Source: Sulfurospirillum sp.
GTDB taxonomy: Bacteria; Campylobacterota; Campylobacteria; Campylobacterales; Sulfurospirillaceae
Length of the DNA: 64,000 nt
NCBI GenBank assembly: GCA_045047115.1
Contig: JASFYR010000009.1
Coordinates: forward strand, 103,599-167,598
Reading direction: 5' to 3'
Shown piece by piece: positions 52,001 through 62,077 of the stretch. Under the pieces are notes generated by a model. The model was given only the letters and a program-made list of their open reading frames with translations. It was not told the DNA's origin and did not search any database. A program made the position numbers and the translations under genes. The first letter of the stretch is position 1, and each line of letters begins with the position of its first letter.

Positions 52001-52188
52001 TATTGACTTCAATTACAACAGTTTTAGGACTCTCAACCCTGATGTTTTTTGCCGCCGGACAATCTGTTATACTCCAACCTATGGCGATTTCACTTGGTTT
52101 TGGAATTGCCTGGGCAACAGTTTTAAATCTTTTTTATGTGCCTGTACTTTTTGTCTCGATTAGGAGAAAATTTTTAAGCGTGATATAA
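49090..52188 (+). CDS. RND-family (AcrB-like) efflux permease
   Basis: 1032 aa; [33 protein letters not shown]. Confidence 0.92.
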   Translation: MVKRFITFAVEKSILNHIFLLFLIVLAFFSYQKIPKEIFPPSNLETISVTGFYAGASPDILDKTAVKPLEDELRNLNDMDRMESSVKNGFFKILIYLREGSNQSEVLDDVKDVISRVKKDFPSDMNEPIAKILKTSYPLATIAIASNQSKEKMLKVADELKTRLSKIKNLSDVAIRGDTNKELLIKIDENKLNAYHLSADEVASKLSSISSIYPIGLIKQRGGHLFVSTLSGEKNIQKLRDMPLTFGAITLRLKDIATANFQLADPNEVSHFNGKPNISVNTNKAKDGNAITLVKDIKKVLKKFKQKYKNYDFEVYTDTSIWIRNRLNTVISNIIFGLILVSLSVYIFISGRIAFIVGLGIPVSFFIGLITMNLMGYSLNMLSLLGALIALGMLVDEAIVVAENIYKHLECGESPKTAAINGASEMFPAVLTATATTIFAFLPLLIMSGDMGVFMRVLPIVISILLLSSLFEAFFFLPLHAKDFLKAKTKTKKNESWWNGWNRVYKSTLTFLLKYRKSFLAFFLIFTLVSTVYLFKRTNFQLFPDFDNTQIYISGKVNINYKLQETQELVTKVEKVLLAKLPKSEVSSITSISGFMLDAKFQPHMAENNFQIFINLHERKPKNFYNKYINPYLSPAYDDSDMKRVMSARELLEKIKKLTLQFEKSKNFNEFKVIVPGAGIVKSDVELAFSAKDDSVIENALHLVENKMKSIKGVFNIYDDKEAGVKEVKLRVNEYGLVLGFSERYIASLLRPYFFASYVNKMTYDKELINIVTQDINKDNKEALENFYVDIPGSLKKVRLSEIVDFEYKNSDANIYKNDGVRVSTIYASLRKKTITSAKLLERLKPIFEKIRNKGVKITIKGEEKENRKIQKEMAEAGVIAVFLIFIALVWMFDSITLCFVVLSTIPLSLLGVLVGHLIMDMNLTMPSLLGIVGLSGVVVNDGIIMIDSLKKAKSMQDILDFATKRLRPILLTSITTVLGLSTLMFFAAGQSVILQPMAISLGFGIAWATVLNLFYVPVLFVSIRRKFLSVI

Positions 52189-52243
52189 TCCAAATCAGTG
52201 TATTATGCCAGAATACAGATTTATTTTCTTACGGGAGTTTTTT

Positions 52244-54187
52244 ATGTCGATCGCAAAAAAAATGTTTATACCTATTTTTATTATTTGGATTTTATTTGTT
52301 AGCTTTTTAGTATCTGACTATTATCTTATATATTCGAGTGAAAAAAATAAAATTTACAAACAAGAGATAGAAAAGTATCTTAACTTTTTTCGGGATGAGT
52401 ATAAAACAAGAAAAGACTTTTCTCTTTTAAACTCTATCATGCTCAGTAAAAATGAATTTGTAGTATCAGGACTTTTGGATGGGGATCGAGGATATACCGA
52501 AAAAGGTTTAAAAAATATACTAAATTTATTTAATAAAAACACAACATATAAAAATTTGAAAATTCATATTCATGATGATTCACTTCATAGTTTTCTCAGA
52601 GTATGGAAACCAAAAAAGTTCGGTGATGACCTTTCTTCTTTTAGAAAAACCATAGCGGAAGTCAAAAAAACAAAAAAACCTCTTGTAGCTATTGAGCTTG
52701 GTAGAGCAGGAGTAGTTTTAAGAGGAATTGCCCCTGTTGTAGAACAAGGTACTTATATTGGTTCTGTTGAAATTATGCAAGGTTTTAATTCGATAGTTGC
52801 AGATGGCAGTAATGACAATCTGGATGTTATTATATTGCTTAAAAAAAATAATCTAAAGATAGCAACTTTACTTAAAAAAGCAAAATCTGTAGGTAAATAT
52901 GTATTGGCTGTAGATAAAAATAAAATAAATATGAAGTTTCTAAATGAACTAAGAGGAGCAAATATAGCTAAAACAAAAACACTGCTTAAAACAAAAACTT
53001 TTCTTTTTACATCTATTGGCTTGAAAGACTTTAGTGGAAATATTGTGGCATATGCACTTGTTGGCCAAAATAAAAAAGAAGTGACAAAAATGTTAGATGC
53101 AAATATGAAAACTGTTTTGAATCAAATTTTGATTTCGCTTTTTGTCTTTTTTATTATGTTTGTCGTTCTGTCATTTATTACAAAGACCGCTATTTTGAAT
53201 CCTCTGAATAATTTGGCAAGTAGAGCCAAAGATTTGGCTAGCGATGATGGAGATTTGACTAAAAGTTTGGAAGTCAAAGGTAATGACGAAATAGCAAAAG
53301 CAAGTTTGGAGATAAATAATTTCATACAAAAAGTAAGGGAGATAACTCAAGAGGCTAAACACATATCAAGTGAAAACTCCTCTATAGCAAACGAACTATC
53401 CTCTACTGCTTTGGAAGTCGGTAAATTAGTAGAAAATTCTACAACTGCAACAAATGAAGCAAATGCCAAATCACAACAGATAAAGACAAACTTAGAGAGT
53501 TCTGTCCAAGAAGCTAAAATAGCAAGAGGTGAGTTAGAGCAAGTTAACACTCATATGGTTGAGGCAAACAGATCTATTTTGACATTAGCTCATGATATAC
53601 AGCAAAGCGCAGCTACCGAGATAGAGTTAGCCGAAAAAATACAACAATTAAGTTCAGATGCAGCCCAGGTAAAAGATGTATTGACAGTTATAAGTGATAT
53701 AGCAGATCAAACGAACCTTTTAGCATTAAATGCTGCTATAGAAGCCGCTAGAGCTGGAGAGCATGGAAGAGGCTTTGCAGTAGTTGCCGATGAGGTAAGA
53801 AAACTGGCTGAAAGAACACAAAAGTCTCTCATAGAGATAAATGCTACTATAAATGTCATAGTTCAATCCATAGTTCAAAGTAGCGAAGAGATGAGTGCAA
53901 ACTCCAAAAAAATCGAAGAATTATCTAAAAGCGCAACAAGTGTGGAAGAGAAGATAAACGATATGGCTGATATCGTAAACAATGCTGCCACCAAGACATC
54001 TGATGCGATTGAAAAAAGCTATAGCGATACTCAAAAAGATGTGGATGAAATAGCAGATCAGGTATCTGTGATAAATCAGATATCTACCAAAAACGCAAGA
54101 AGCACAGAAGAGATAGCAAGTGCGGCTGAGCATCTAAATGAGATGACAGAGGCGCTAAACAATAAACTAAATGAGTTCAGAACTTGA
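52244..54187 (+). CDS. Methyl-accepting chemotaxis protein with periplasmic Cache domain and HAMP
   Basis: TM, Cache-like ([17 protein letters not shown]), TM, HAMP GDLT..DEI, MCP hairpin; GGGAG RBS before ATG 52244. Confidence 0.92.
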   Translation: MSIAKKMFIPIFIIWILFVSFLVSDYYLIYSSEKNKIYKQEIEKYLNFFRDEYKTRKDFSLLNSIMLSKNEFVVSGLLDGDRGYTEKGLKNILNLFNKNTTYKNLKIHIHDDSLHSFLRVWKPKKFGDDLSSFRKTIAEVKKTKKPLVAIELGRAGVVLRGIAPVVEQGTYIGSVEIMQGFNSIVADGSNDNLDVIILLKKNNLKIATLLKKAKSVGKYVLAVDKNKINMKFLNELRGANIAKTKTLLKTKTFLFTSIGLKDFSGNIVAYALVGQNKKEVTKMLDANMKTVLNQILISLFVFFIMFVVLSFITKTAILNPLNNLASRAKDLASDDGDLTKSLEVKGNDEIAKASLEINNFIQKVREITQEAKHISSENSSIANELSSTALEVGKLVENSTTATNEANAKSQQIKTNLESSVQEAKIARGELEQVNTHMVEANRSILTLAHDIQQSAATEIELAEKIQQLSSDAAQVKDVLTVISDIADQTNLLALNAAIEAARAGEHGRGFAVVADEVRKLAERTQKSLIEINATINVIVQSIVQSSEEMSANSKKIEELSKSATSVEEKINDMADIVNNAATKTSDAIEKSYSDTQKDVDEIADQVSVINQISTKNARSTEEIASAAEHLNEMTEALNNKLNEFRT

Positions 54188-54209
54188 TAAATAAAAAAGT
54201 ATGGGTTTA

Positions 54210-54266
54210 GGCACCCAACCATAAAGTTCCACAACTGATAATTGGAGAACTTTGTGATCAGGTGTT
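54210..54266. other. Long imperfect hairpin between convergent genes (terminator or small palindromic repeat)
   Basis: GGCACC/GGTGTT outer pairing and CATAAAGTTC/GAACTTTGTG inner stem. Confidence 0.45.
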
Positions 54267-54267
54267 T

Positions 54268-54597
54268 TTAGCAACCCATACTTGCATCACCACTCCCTGT
54301 TTGTGGAGTATTCGGGTTTCCTGAATCACCACTGGATTGGTATTTTTCTTCCATAGCATTTGTGTAACAAACATACCCCTTTTTGCTCTTTGGATCTGCT
54401 TGAATAGCTAATTTTGCATACTTTATAGCACCTTTTATATCTTCATCTTCAAGTGCACTATCAGATAAATTGACATACTTCATAACAAGTGCATCTCTTT
54501 TTGCAAGCATCTTTGTCCCATTATTTGCGGATATATATGAAAGCGCCAAAGCTGCAAGAAGTAAAACTAATCCGGCTAATATAGAAATCTTTTTCAT
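54268..54597 (-). CDS. Exported hypothetical protein with TPR-like helices and a flexible tail ending in MGC
   Basis: Signal peptide, AIKYAKLAIQADP, Ser/Gly/Pro/Asn/Thr-rich linker, terminal Cys; GGAG RBS. Confidence 0.7.
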   Translation of the reverse strand: MKKISILAGLVLLLAALALSYISANNGTKMLAKRDALVMKYVNLSDSALEDEDIKGAIKYAKLAIQADPKSKKGYVCYTNAMEEKYQSSGDSGNPNTPQTGSGDASMGC

Positions 54598-55196
54598 TTA
54601 ATTATCTCCTTGTTTTTCTCTTGTATTTTTCATAATATTCATAAAAATTGCCAGACCAATAGTTACAACTATCGTCACCAGATAAGATGTTGTGTAAATA
54701 TTTCCGCCTATAAGCTTATCTACAGTAAATTTTCCGATGTATCCACTGTTGGCGAAGGTAGCAATTTGATCATATATATCAAAATAAAAATACATACCAC
54801 TTAATAGACCCAATATAAAGATAAAAGCATCTATTTTACCGGAAGCAAATCCAACTATGGCAGTTCCGGGACACCATCCAGATATAACCATATCGCTCCA
54901 CCAAAGAGTAAGCCCCCGACTAAATATGGCCAAACATAGGTATCCGGTATAAATATTTGAGTGTAATCAAGCCACCCATTATATGACGCTATTACTATAA
55001 GTGTTGAACATGTGATGATTGCGGAAACAATCACTTGTGAAACCTTTAAACTTTTAAAATGAAAAATAGCAGCTATAAACTTTGAATTTCCAAAGCCGGC
55101 TCTCTCAAGCACTACTCCGAACAGTATACCGATAATCAGTCCATAAAGCAGATTAGAATTTACATCTATGGAGCCAGTTGTAAAAAGTGGATACAT
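54598..55196 (-). pseudogene. YeeE/YedE-family sulfur transporter, frameshifted
   Basis: GILFGVVLERAG...GGLLFG in one frame continues as MVISGWCPGT in another; shift near 54892-54905. Confidence 0.8.
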
Positions 55197-55205
55197 AAAA
55201 ACTCC

Positions 55206-55726
55206 TTATTTTGCATTTTCCCACTGTTTTTTAAACAGAGGGGCGAGGGCAAATCCTGTGCCAAAAGCAGCTAGCATAAATATCCAGGTACCTGCACTAA
55301 AAGCTGCAGCACCATCTAGTGCCTGCCCACTTGTGCAGCCCCTTGCCAGTCTAGTGGCTCCGGCCATGATAAATCCACCGATAAATGACCATATCAGTCT
55401 ACTGTATGCTGGGGATACGCACTGCCTTTATCAATGCTTTGTTTGATTCGTCCCGCAAGCATTGCACTTATATATCCGCCTAAAAATACTCCAAAAACTT
55501 CGATAACAGTCCAGTTTGCTAAAGCATTTCCATTAAATAAGTATTTTGAAGCATATAAGTTTTGTGCAAATGTAGAGTCATACAGATATACAAGTTGTGC
55601 AGTTGCTCTAGCAAATGCTCCACTTGCTCCTAACCCTTGACCTGCTACCATAAAGCTGATAAACAGAACTATTCCTAAAATTACACCGGCAACCAAAGGG
55701 TGCCAGTATCCATCTTTTTGATTCAT
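55206..55726 (-). pseudogene. YeeE/YedE-family sulfur transporter, frameshifted
   Basis: WHPLVAG..GLGASG..GSAYP continues in another frame as AYSRLIWSFIGG..RLARGCTSGQAL..KKQWENAK*; shift at or near the G4 run 55411-55414. Confidence 0.8.
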
Positions 55727-55762
55727 AAAAATCCCTGTTAATTTAATGTGATAGTGTAGTGG

Positions 55763-55788
55763 TCAGAAGCCTTTTGAAAGGCTTCTGA
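55763..55788 (-). terminator. Hairpin terminator after the SORL gene
   Basis: TCAGAAGCCTTT-TG-AAAGGCTTCTGA. Confidence 0.65.
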
Positions 55789-55797
55789 ATAATGTGG

Positions 55798-56187
55798 TTA
55801 ATCTACTGTTACAGTTACTGGAGTTGATTCCCAAAGACCGTGTTTTGTGCAGTATGCTTGAGCTATGAGATTTAGTTTCTTTGTAGTCGGAACGATTCTA
55901 AATGTGACTTCTACATGCCCTTTTGCACCTTGTCCACCTAGAGTTCCTGCTGTAAAGTCAGCTCTTCCCAGTAGAGTCTCTTTGTTGTAAAGTGCGATAT
56001 TTGCTATGTAATGATCAAAATCATCAGGGTGAGTATATTCATTACCGACTTTTACTGTTACAGAAAATGGCTCTCCACTCTTTGCACTCTCGTCGCAGTG
56101 AACAAATGGTGAGTGTCTGTCTATGTAGTCTTTCTTAGATTCTCTTTCAACTGTGTCTATATCGACATAACGATTAATCTTTGGCAT
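55798..56187 (-). CDS. Desulfoferrodoxin/superoxide reductase-like (class II SORL) protein
   Basis: RHSP, HPDDFDHYI, YCTKHGLW metal ligands. Confidence 0.85.
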   Translation of the reverse strand: MPKINRYVDIDTVERESKKDYIDRHSPFVHCDESAKSGEPFSVTVKVGNEYTHPDDFDHYIANIALYNKETLLGRADFTAGTLGGQGAKGHVEVTFRIVPTTKKLNLIAQAYCTKHGLWESTPVTVTVD

Positions 56188-56251
56188 AATTTCTCCTTGA
56201 AATTGTTTTTATAATGTCATTATAGTCTAAATAAGATTAAATTTGTCTTAT

Positions 56252-57097
56252 TTAGACTATTTTTGTTTTTATCACATGATTATCGAGTCCAATTCTTTTT
56301 TTATCTGTTATTCCAAGCGCCAGTAAAAGTACCTCTGCCAAGCATAAAACAGTTAGTCCTATCTCTCTTCCTACGCTTTTTTCCAACTCTTTTTGGTGTT
56401 CATCAAACATCGCAAAACTTCTAGCATCATTTATAACAACAAAATCTGCAGCATTGTCAAACATATCGAGCATTAAAGCCCCTGCCATTTCACAAGCGAG
56501 CTGTTCGTTTGTATCATAGATGTCATATCCACATACTTGGTTTTTTAAGTTATAATCTATGAGTTTTAATTCGGTAGCTTCAAGCAGTTTGCTATAAGAT
56601 TTTATATCTGAATATCTTTGTATTTGACATTGATAAGAACCAAGATATAGTGCAACAAGAAAATTTTTAAAGTTCTTGCTTATATTTTTTTTGAGTTTTG
56701 CCATGCCGAACTCTTTTATTATAAAATCAGCTAAAGTAAAGATTTTTATATCAAGATTTAACTCTAAATTATTTTTTTCTAACTCTTTAATAGTCAAGTT
56801 AGCGAGTTTTTCATCTTCTTTTAATTTCTCAAGTGTAGTTCTTAAAGATAAAAATGAGCTGTCCTCGACGCAAACTATATCACTCTTTTCTTTTGTGGCC
56901 AAAGCTAAAGTCTTTGCATTTTCCCTAAAGAATGTTTCCTTATCTTCACCGATAGATTCAAGCCCTCTATCTCTAGACACTCCGCCTAAAATAGGGATTT
57001 CCAAATTCAAAACTTTTAATAACTCTTTTGCAGAAGTAGCAAGAGGCAGTGTGTGGTTTATGTCGATAATTGCATCAAAAAGTACATATTTTTTCAT
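56252..57097 (-). CDS. HdrB/SdhE-like protein with degenerate CCG motifs
   Basis: Two-domain layout, VALYLGS, QVCGY, AADFVV, MFDEHQ, EVLLLALG..IGLDNH; no CCG motif retained. Confidence 0.6.
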   Translation of the reverse strand: MKKYVLFDAIIDINHTLPLATSAKELLKVLNLEIPILGGVSRDRGLESIGEDKETFFRENAKTLALATKEKSDIVCVEDSSFLSLRTTLEKLKEDEKLANLTIKELEKNNLELNLDIKIFTLADFIIKEFGMAKLKKNISKNFKNFLVALYLGSYQCQIQRYSDIKSYSKLLEATELKLIDYNLKNQVCGYDIYDTNEQLACEMAGALMLDMFDNAADFVVINDARSFAMFDEHQKELEKSVGREIGLTVLCLAEVLLLALGITDKKRIGLDNHVIKTKIV

Positions 57098-57098
57098 T

Positions 57099-57728
57099 TT
57101 AACTCCTCACTCTTAAAACTTCGTTTTTTAATCTGTTTATTTTATCTTCTACTTTGTAATCCACAGGAAGTACTTTTCCACAGATATTTGTATGTAGCCA
57201 GATGCCACCATCTTCACTATCTAACACATTAAGGATTTTATTTTTTTGAGAGGGGTATTTTTCAATCATCTCGTATGCAAATAAAAAGAGAGCATCTCCA
57301 TAAAATTCATCATTATATCTGTATGTATCAGATGCATAATGATACACAACAAGCTCGTCAAACCTTTTTTTATCGCTAGAATCTACAAAAGGATCAAGTA
57401 AATCAAATTTTTCATAAAAATCACCATTGTTTATTATTAAATCTTTTAAGGCTCTCTTTTCACTCATAGGCATAAGCGTAAATTCATCTCCAAAGTTTTC
57501 AACAAGTTCACCAATTTTGACATCAGTAAAAAGGATTACCCCAGCTATTTTAATAGCTGCATTTTTGCCCGTTGGATAGTCAAATAATCTGTCCTCTTCT
57601 TTTATTACAGCCAGTAAATCATCCAACGTTTTGTCTTCGTTAATTTTAATGATATGCTTTTTGTAAAAAGGAAGATAATCACTTTTTGCATCAAATCTAA
57701 AAACACTCAATTTAAGCTTATATGTCAT
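57099..57728 (-). CDS. SdhB/FrdB-like protein lacking Fe-S cysteines
   Basis: LSVFRFDAKSD N-terminus, KDLII, GIWLH; only one Cys; AGGAG RBS. Confidence 0.55.
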   Translation of the reverse strand: MTYKLKLSVFRFDAKSDYLPFYKKHIIKINEDKTLDDLLAVIKEEDRLFDYPTGKNAAIKIAGVILFTDVKIGELVENFGDEFTLMPMSEKRALKDLIINNGDFYEKFDLLDPFVDSSDKKRFDELVVYHYASDTYRYNDEFYGDALFLFAYEMIEKYPSQKNKILNVLDSEDGGIWLHTNICGKVLPVDYKVEDKINRLKNEVLRVRS

Positions 57729-57819
57729 AACGCTCACTCCTAACATAATTTCTTATTAGTTTACTCTAAAAAAGCTTAAAAAGCATAAAATTGGTATAAT
57801 AGCAGAAAAATATAAGGAA

Positions 57820-58911
57820 TTGAAAATCAAACGATTATTTTATCTAAACCATTCGCCTATAAATGTGCTTTTCACTAAAAACTCAAGTGATTTTGTTGTA
57901 AATGAACTTCCTCTTTATGAGTTTGGTGGCGAGGGAGAGCATCTCATTTTGCATATACGAAAAAAGGACATGACAACTTGGCAGGCAGTACAGGCACTGA
58001 GCGAAGCCTGCGGTGCTAAGAGTAGAGATTTTGGATATGCCGGACTTAAAGACAAAGACGGTATGACAACGCAATATATTTCGGTACATAGAAATTTCGA
58101 AAAAAAACTGGAGAATTTTAAGCATGAGAATATTAAAATTCTCTCAAAAACCTATCATAATAATAAAATAAGAGTAGGACATCTAAAGGGAAACAGGTTT
58201 TTCGTAAGACTTAAAAGAGTAGATAGAGTAGATGCGCAAAAACTACAAAGTGCTCTTAAAACTCTTGACTCTCAGGGCTTTCCTAATTTTTTTGGATACC
58301 AAAGATTTGGAAGAGAGGGTGATAACTATATCTTGGGAAAAGAGATACTTGAGGGCAAAAGAAGAGAGCGAAAGAGAAAAATGAAAAACTTTTATATCAG
58401 TGCATACCAAAGTTATCTCTTTAACACCTGGCTCTCAAATCGACTGAAAATCGGACATATACTAGAGGGTTTTGATGATAAAGAGGCGGCAGAGGCGCTT
58501 GGCTTTTCAAAAGATTTAGTAAAAGAACTTAGAAGGCAGAGAAGATTTTTTAAGGTATTTGTTGGTGATGTGGCTCACCACTATCCTGCTGGAAAAGCTT
58601 TCGTGTGTGAAGATTTACAGAGTGAACTAAAAAGATTTAAAGATGAAGATATAACTATAACCGGTTGGTTGCCCGGAGGTAGAAGTATGCAATGTGAGGG
58701 CTTTGCTAAAGTGCTTGAGGATGAAGTATACGAAGAAGCCAAGCCATACTTGAGCCAAATGAACGGAGCAAGAAGATTTGCATGGGCTTTTTTAGAAGAT
58801 GTAGAGTTCGAGTATAAAGAGGATCAAAATTGGTTTGAGATGCACTTCTCTTTGCCAAAAGGCTCTTACGCTACAGTTATTTTAGAAGAATTAACTCATA
58901 AGCTCAAATAA
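57820..58911 (+). CDS. truD: tRNA pseudouridine(13) synthase
   Basis: DFVVNE, GEGEH, GYAGLKDK, GNRF, PNFFGYQRFG, SAYQSYLFN, LPKGSYAT. Confidence 0.95.
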   Translation: MKIKRLFYLNHSPINVLFTKNSSDFVVNELPLYEFGGEGEHLILHIRKKDMTTWQAVQALSEACGAKSRDFGYAGLKDKDGMTTQYISVHRNFEKKLENFKHENIKILSKTYHNNKIRVGHLKGNRFFVRLKRVDRVDAQKLQSALKTLDSQGFPNFFGYQRFGREGDNYILGKEILEGKRRERKRKMKNFYISAYQSYLFNTWLSNRLKIGHILEGFDDKEAAEALGFSKDLVKELRRQRRFFKVFVGDVAHHYPAGKAFVCEDLQSELKRFKDEDITITGWLPGGRSMQCEGFAKVLEDEVYEEAKPYLSQMNGARRFAWAFLEDVEFEYKEDQNWFEMHFSLPKGSYATVILEELTHKLK

Positions 58912-58912
58912 A

Positions 58913-58921
58913 TGGTATAAT
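58913..58921 (+). promoter_or_regulatory. Extended -10 promoter of rnpB
   Basis: TGGTATAAT, 7 nt before the RNA 5' stem. Confidence 0.65.
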
Positions 58922-58928
58922 TTCATCC

Positions 58929-59326
58929 AAAGGTACGATGAGTGATAGCCTGCTTATATAAGCAGGAGGAAAGTCCGGGCTGCATTGAAGCGTGGTTCCG
59001 CCTAACAGACGGCTGGGGTAACCCAAGGGATAGTGCAACAGAGAGTAGACTACATTTAATGTCATTCTTGCCAAAGGTAAAGCTTTAGTGAGATGAATTT
59101 TATATGGGCTTTGCTCATATAAAAGAAGACATTAAATGAAAAGGTGAAACGGCGGGGTAAGAGCCCACCAGAGTTTAGAGTAATCTAGACTGCTTTGTAA
59201 ACCCAACCTGCAGCAAGAATGGATTGGTTTTGCTTCATATTTTTACCATTCGCTAGATTGTTATCGTAAGACAGCAAGTAGATAAATTATCACTCGCGAC
59301 AGAACCCGGCTTATAGTCGTACCTTT
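58929..59326 (+). ncRNA. rnpB: RNase P RNA
   Basis: GAGGAAAGTCCGGGC, AGTGCAACAGAGAG, GGTGAAACGGCGGGGTAAGAGCCCACC, ACAGAACCCGGCTTA; P1 AAAGGTACGA/TCGTACCTTT. Confidence 0.97.
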
Positions 59327-59329
59327 TGC

Positions 59330-60484
59330 TTACCTGGCGATATCATAATCTTTTTTATAAATTTGAGTGAAAGTAAAAGTAAGAGTTAGAATTGCAAGAG
59401 CTATCAATGAAATGCTGATGGCTCCATTTTCTCCAAAGTGTTTCCAGATAAGTCCTGTAAAAATAGCTCCTAGTGCACCGCTTATGGCAACACCACCATA
59501 AAACAGACCATATACACTTCCTTTGTTTTTTGCGTAAGTTGAGATGTAAGCTCTAAGGGCATTTACGCTAGATACCATAAACAAACCTAAAAATATAAAA
59601 CTAAAAATTATAAGATTAAAATAGAGTGATGCCATAGAAATGATTCCAAATATAAAAGAGATGCAAAGCACATTTATTGCCCCAAATCTATCTACCTTGA
59701 GTCCAAAAAAGTAGCTAACCAGAGTTTGTGTCAAATTTAAAACTATAACTAAAAGAGGGATATGTTTTAGGCTATATCCAGCTTCTTTTGCTTTTATAAG
59801 ATAAAAAGAGTCGTTAAACATAAAAAAGACAAATCCAAAACAGAGCAACAATACCGGAAGCAACGAAATATCATCTTTTAATTTTATCTTTTGAATAGAT
59901 TTTTTAGAACTATAAGGTGTATCTTGGACAAAAAACAGGACTACAATTACAGCAAAAATACCTGGTATCAAAGTAAAAGCAAATATATCTTTAAATATAC
60001 CAGCCTTTTCTCCAAAATAATATAAGGCAATAAAAGCTATGATTGACCCACTTAATTCGCCTGCTATATCCATAGTTTTGTGAAAGCCAAATGTTTTGCC
60101 ACTTTTGCCTTTTTGTGAGTAGGCTGATATGAGAGTATCTTTTGTAGCACTTCTTATAGCTTTTCCAACTCTCTCTATGCCTCTTAGAGTTGCTATGCTT
60201 GTCCATCCAGAACTAAAATAAAGCAGAGGTTTTGTGATAGCTGAAATCAGGTATCCTCCAACTACAAAAGGCTTTACTATTTTGTATCTGTCGCTGAGAT
60301 ATCCAAAAACAAATCTAAAACCATATGATACAAAAGTAGCAATTCCAACGATGAATCCTAGTTTATCAATCCCATCGTGAAGTATGTAAACCACAAAAAT
60401 AGGCAATATGGAAGTAACCATACTACTTGCCATATCGGTAAAAAAACTGACAAAGCCAAGTGCTATTATATTTCTGTTTATCAT
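59330..60484 (-). CDS. MFS transporter
   Basis: About 12 TMs; FTDMASSM, GYLSDRY, ERVGKAIR, FGFHKTMD. Confidence 0.9.
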   Translation of the reverse strand: MINRNIIALGFVSFFTDMASSMVTSILPIFVVYILHDGIDKLGFIVGIATFVSYGFRFVFGYLSDRYKIVKPFVVGGYLISAITKPLLYFSSGWTSIATLRGIERVGKAIRSATKDTLISAYSQKGKSGKTFGFHKTMDIAGELSGSIIAFIALYYFGEKAGIFKDIFAFTLIPGIFAVIVVLFFVQDTPYSSKKSIQKIKLKDDISLLPVLLLCFGFVFFMFNDSFYLIKAKEAGYSLKHIPLLVIVLNLTQTLVSYFFGLKVDRFGAINVLCISFIFGIISMASLYFNLIIFSFIFLGLFMVSSVNALRAYISTYAKNKGSVYGLFYGGVAISGALGAIFTGLIWKHFGENGAISISLIALAILTLTFTFTQIYKKDYDIAR

Positions 60485-60831
60485 TTAAAATATACTATAA
60501 AGCCAAGCCATATAAATATAGAGATAAAGATACTCATAAGCACCCCAAAAGCAGCTATATCTTTTGCATGTTTTGCCAGGATGTGATACTCGGGAACTGT
60601 CATATCTACTATTTTTTCTATGGCAGTGTTGAGTGCTTCTGTTAGAAGAGGGATAAAAAGTGAGGCAAACATAAACAGTTTTGCCCAGATGGGATAAGGC
60701 AGAAACAAAAGCACTATAGTAGCCAGTGCAAATGCAGCGATTTCAATTCTAAATGAACTCTCTTTTAAAAGTTCTTTTGCCCCATCTGTAGCGTATAAAA
60801 AGTTTTTACGGATATTATATTTTGGTTTCAT
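60481..60831 (-). CDS. dgkA: Diacylglycerol/undecaprenol kinase (DgkA family)
   Basis: ESSFRIE, EALNTAIEKIVD, AKHAKD. Confidence 0.9.
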   Translation of the reverse strand: MKPKYNIRKNFLYATDGAKELLKESSFRIEIAAFALATIVLLFLPYPIWAKLFMFASLFIPLLTEALNTAIEKIVDMTVPEYHILAKHAKDIAAFGVLMSIFISIFIWLGFIVYFK

Positions 60832-62077
60832 TTTTTACCCTGATAATTTCAAATGCCAATGCCACTAAACTCACCCAAAATAGAGCCAAACCAATGCCTG
60901 CTACTACATCACTCAGATAGTGAACATTTAGATAAACTCTACTAAAAGAGATAAGGAGCGGGTATATTATACTTAAAATAAGCAAAATCTTTTTATATTT
61001 CATCTTCTCTTTCAGTATAAAATAGAGTGCAAAAGCCAATGCAGTACTGATAGTGGCATGACCTGAGGGGAAAGAGTAGCCGGAAACTTCTATGATATGA
61101 AGCTCTGGTCTTGGTCTTTGGACAAAAATTTTCACAACAAACATCAAGACAACCGATCCAAAAAGAGACGAAAGAAAAAACAGAATATCTCTATACCACT
61201 TTTTATATCCCATATAGAGACAAATTGATAAAATTATGAAACTAATCGGCAAAGGATTATCAACAGAGGTGATTAATATCATTGTTTTGGTAAAAATCGG
61301 TGTGTAAATTTGAGGTATAGTGGAACTTATCCATATGTCCAGCTTTGTAACAAGCTCCAAATCAAGCACATCCTCTGCCATTTTTGAAAATAAGTAAAGT
61401 CCAAAGATATTGATGATAAACAGTTTAAAATCGTCTCTTTGGAGTAATTCATTGTTTTCAAAATGTTTATAAGTTTTATAGATAATGATACTCAAAATTG
61501 TAGCAGCAATGATACCAACACCAAAGTATTTGCCGTAATTTTCAAAAGCACTCCCAAGATAGTAACCTCCCAGTAAAAATGCCGGTGCCCAAAATGCAGC
61601 TGTGAGCATATTTGCAGGTATAAATTTTTTAAGGCTCATGCCATTTGCGCCAGCTAAAAATGGAGCTATCCATCTTGTAAAACCGTTTGAGCGGCCTATA
61701 AACAGGACTTTTATAAGATTGTCATCTAGTCCATCTTTTATCTGCTCATATTTTTTACTGTTGATTTTTAATCTTTTGGCATGTTTTTTTAAAAAATCTT
61801 CACCAACTTTTTCCCCTAAGTAGTATCCAAAAATGTCTCCCGCTAAGATACCTATATACGCAGTGATTATCAGAATTCTAATGTCCACTATGCCTTTAAA
61901 GGCCAAGATTCCAAAAAATATGGTCAAAGTTTCCGATGGAAACATCATACCGACAATTGGAAGTGATTCCAATATGGAAGCTATTAATATAATCAAAATC
62001 AAAATTGTTAAAACCATATTTGATGGATAGGATGAAATCCAGTTGAAAAACTGCTCTAGTATATAGTGAATATTCAT
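60815..62077 (-). CDS. DedA-PAP2 fusion (lipid-carrier flippase/phosphatase)
   Basis: N-terminal DedA (LES..GMMFPSE, GDIFGYYLG); C-terminal PAP2 motifs KIFVQRPRP, SFPSGH, SRVYLNVHYLSDV. Confidence 0.9.
   Translation of the reverse strand: MNIHYILEQFFNWISSYPSNMVLTILILIILIASILESLPIVGMMFPSETLTIFFGILAFKGIVDIRILIITAYIGILAGDIFGYYLGEKVGEDFLKKHAKRLKINSKKYEQIKDGLDDNLIKVLFIGRSNGFTRWIAPFLAGANGMSLKKFIPANMLTAAFWAPAFLLGGYYLGSAFENYGKYFGVGIIAATILSIIIYKTYKHFENNELLQRDDFKLFIINIFGLYLFSKMAEDVLDLELVTKLDIWISSTIPQIYTPIFTKTMILITSVDNPLPISFIILSICLYMGYKKWYRDILFFLSSLFGSVVLMFVVKIFVQRPRPELHIIEVSGYSFPSGHATISTALAFALYFILKEKMKYKKILLILSIIYPLLISFSRVYLNVHYLSDVVAGIGLALFWVSLVALAFEIIRVKNETKI

Noticed and set aside
54598..55726. Selenocysteine read-through as the cause of the split yeeE ORFs
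   Set aside because: The continuations are in different frames and the conserved residues are ordinary Cys codons.
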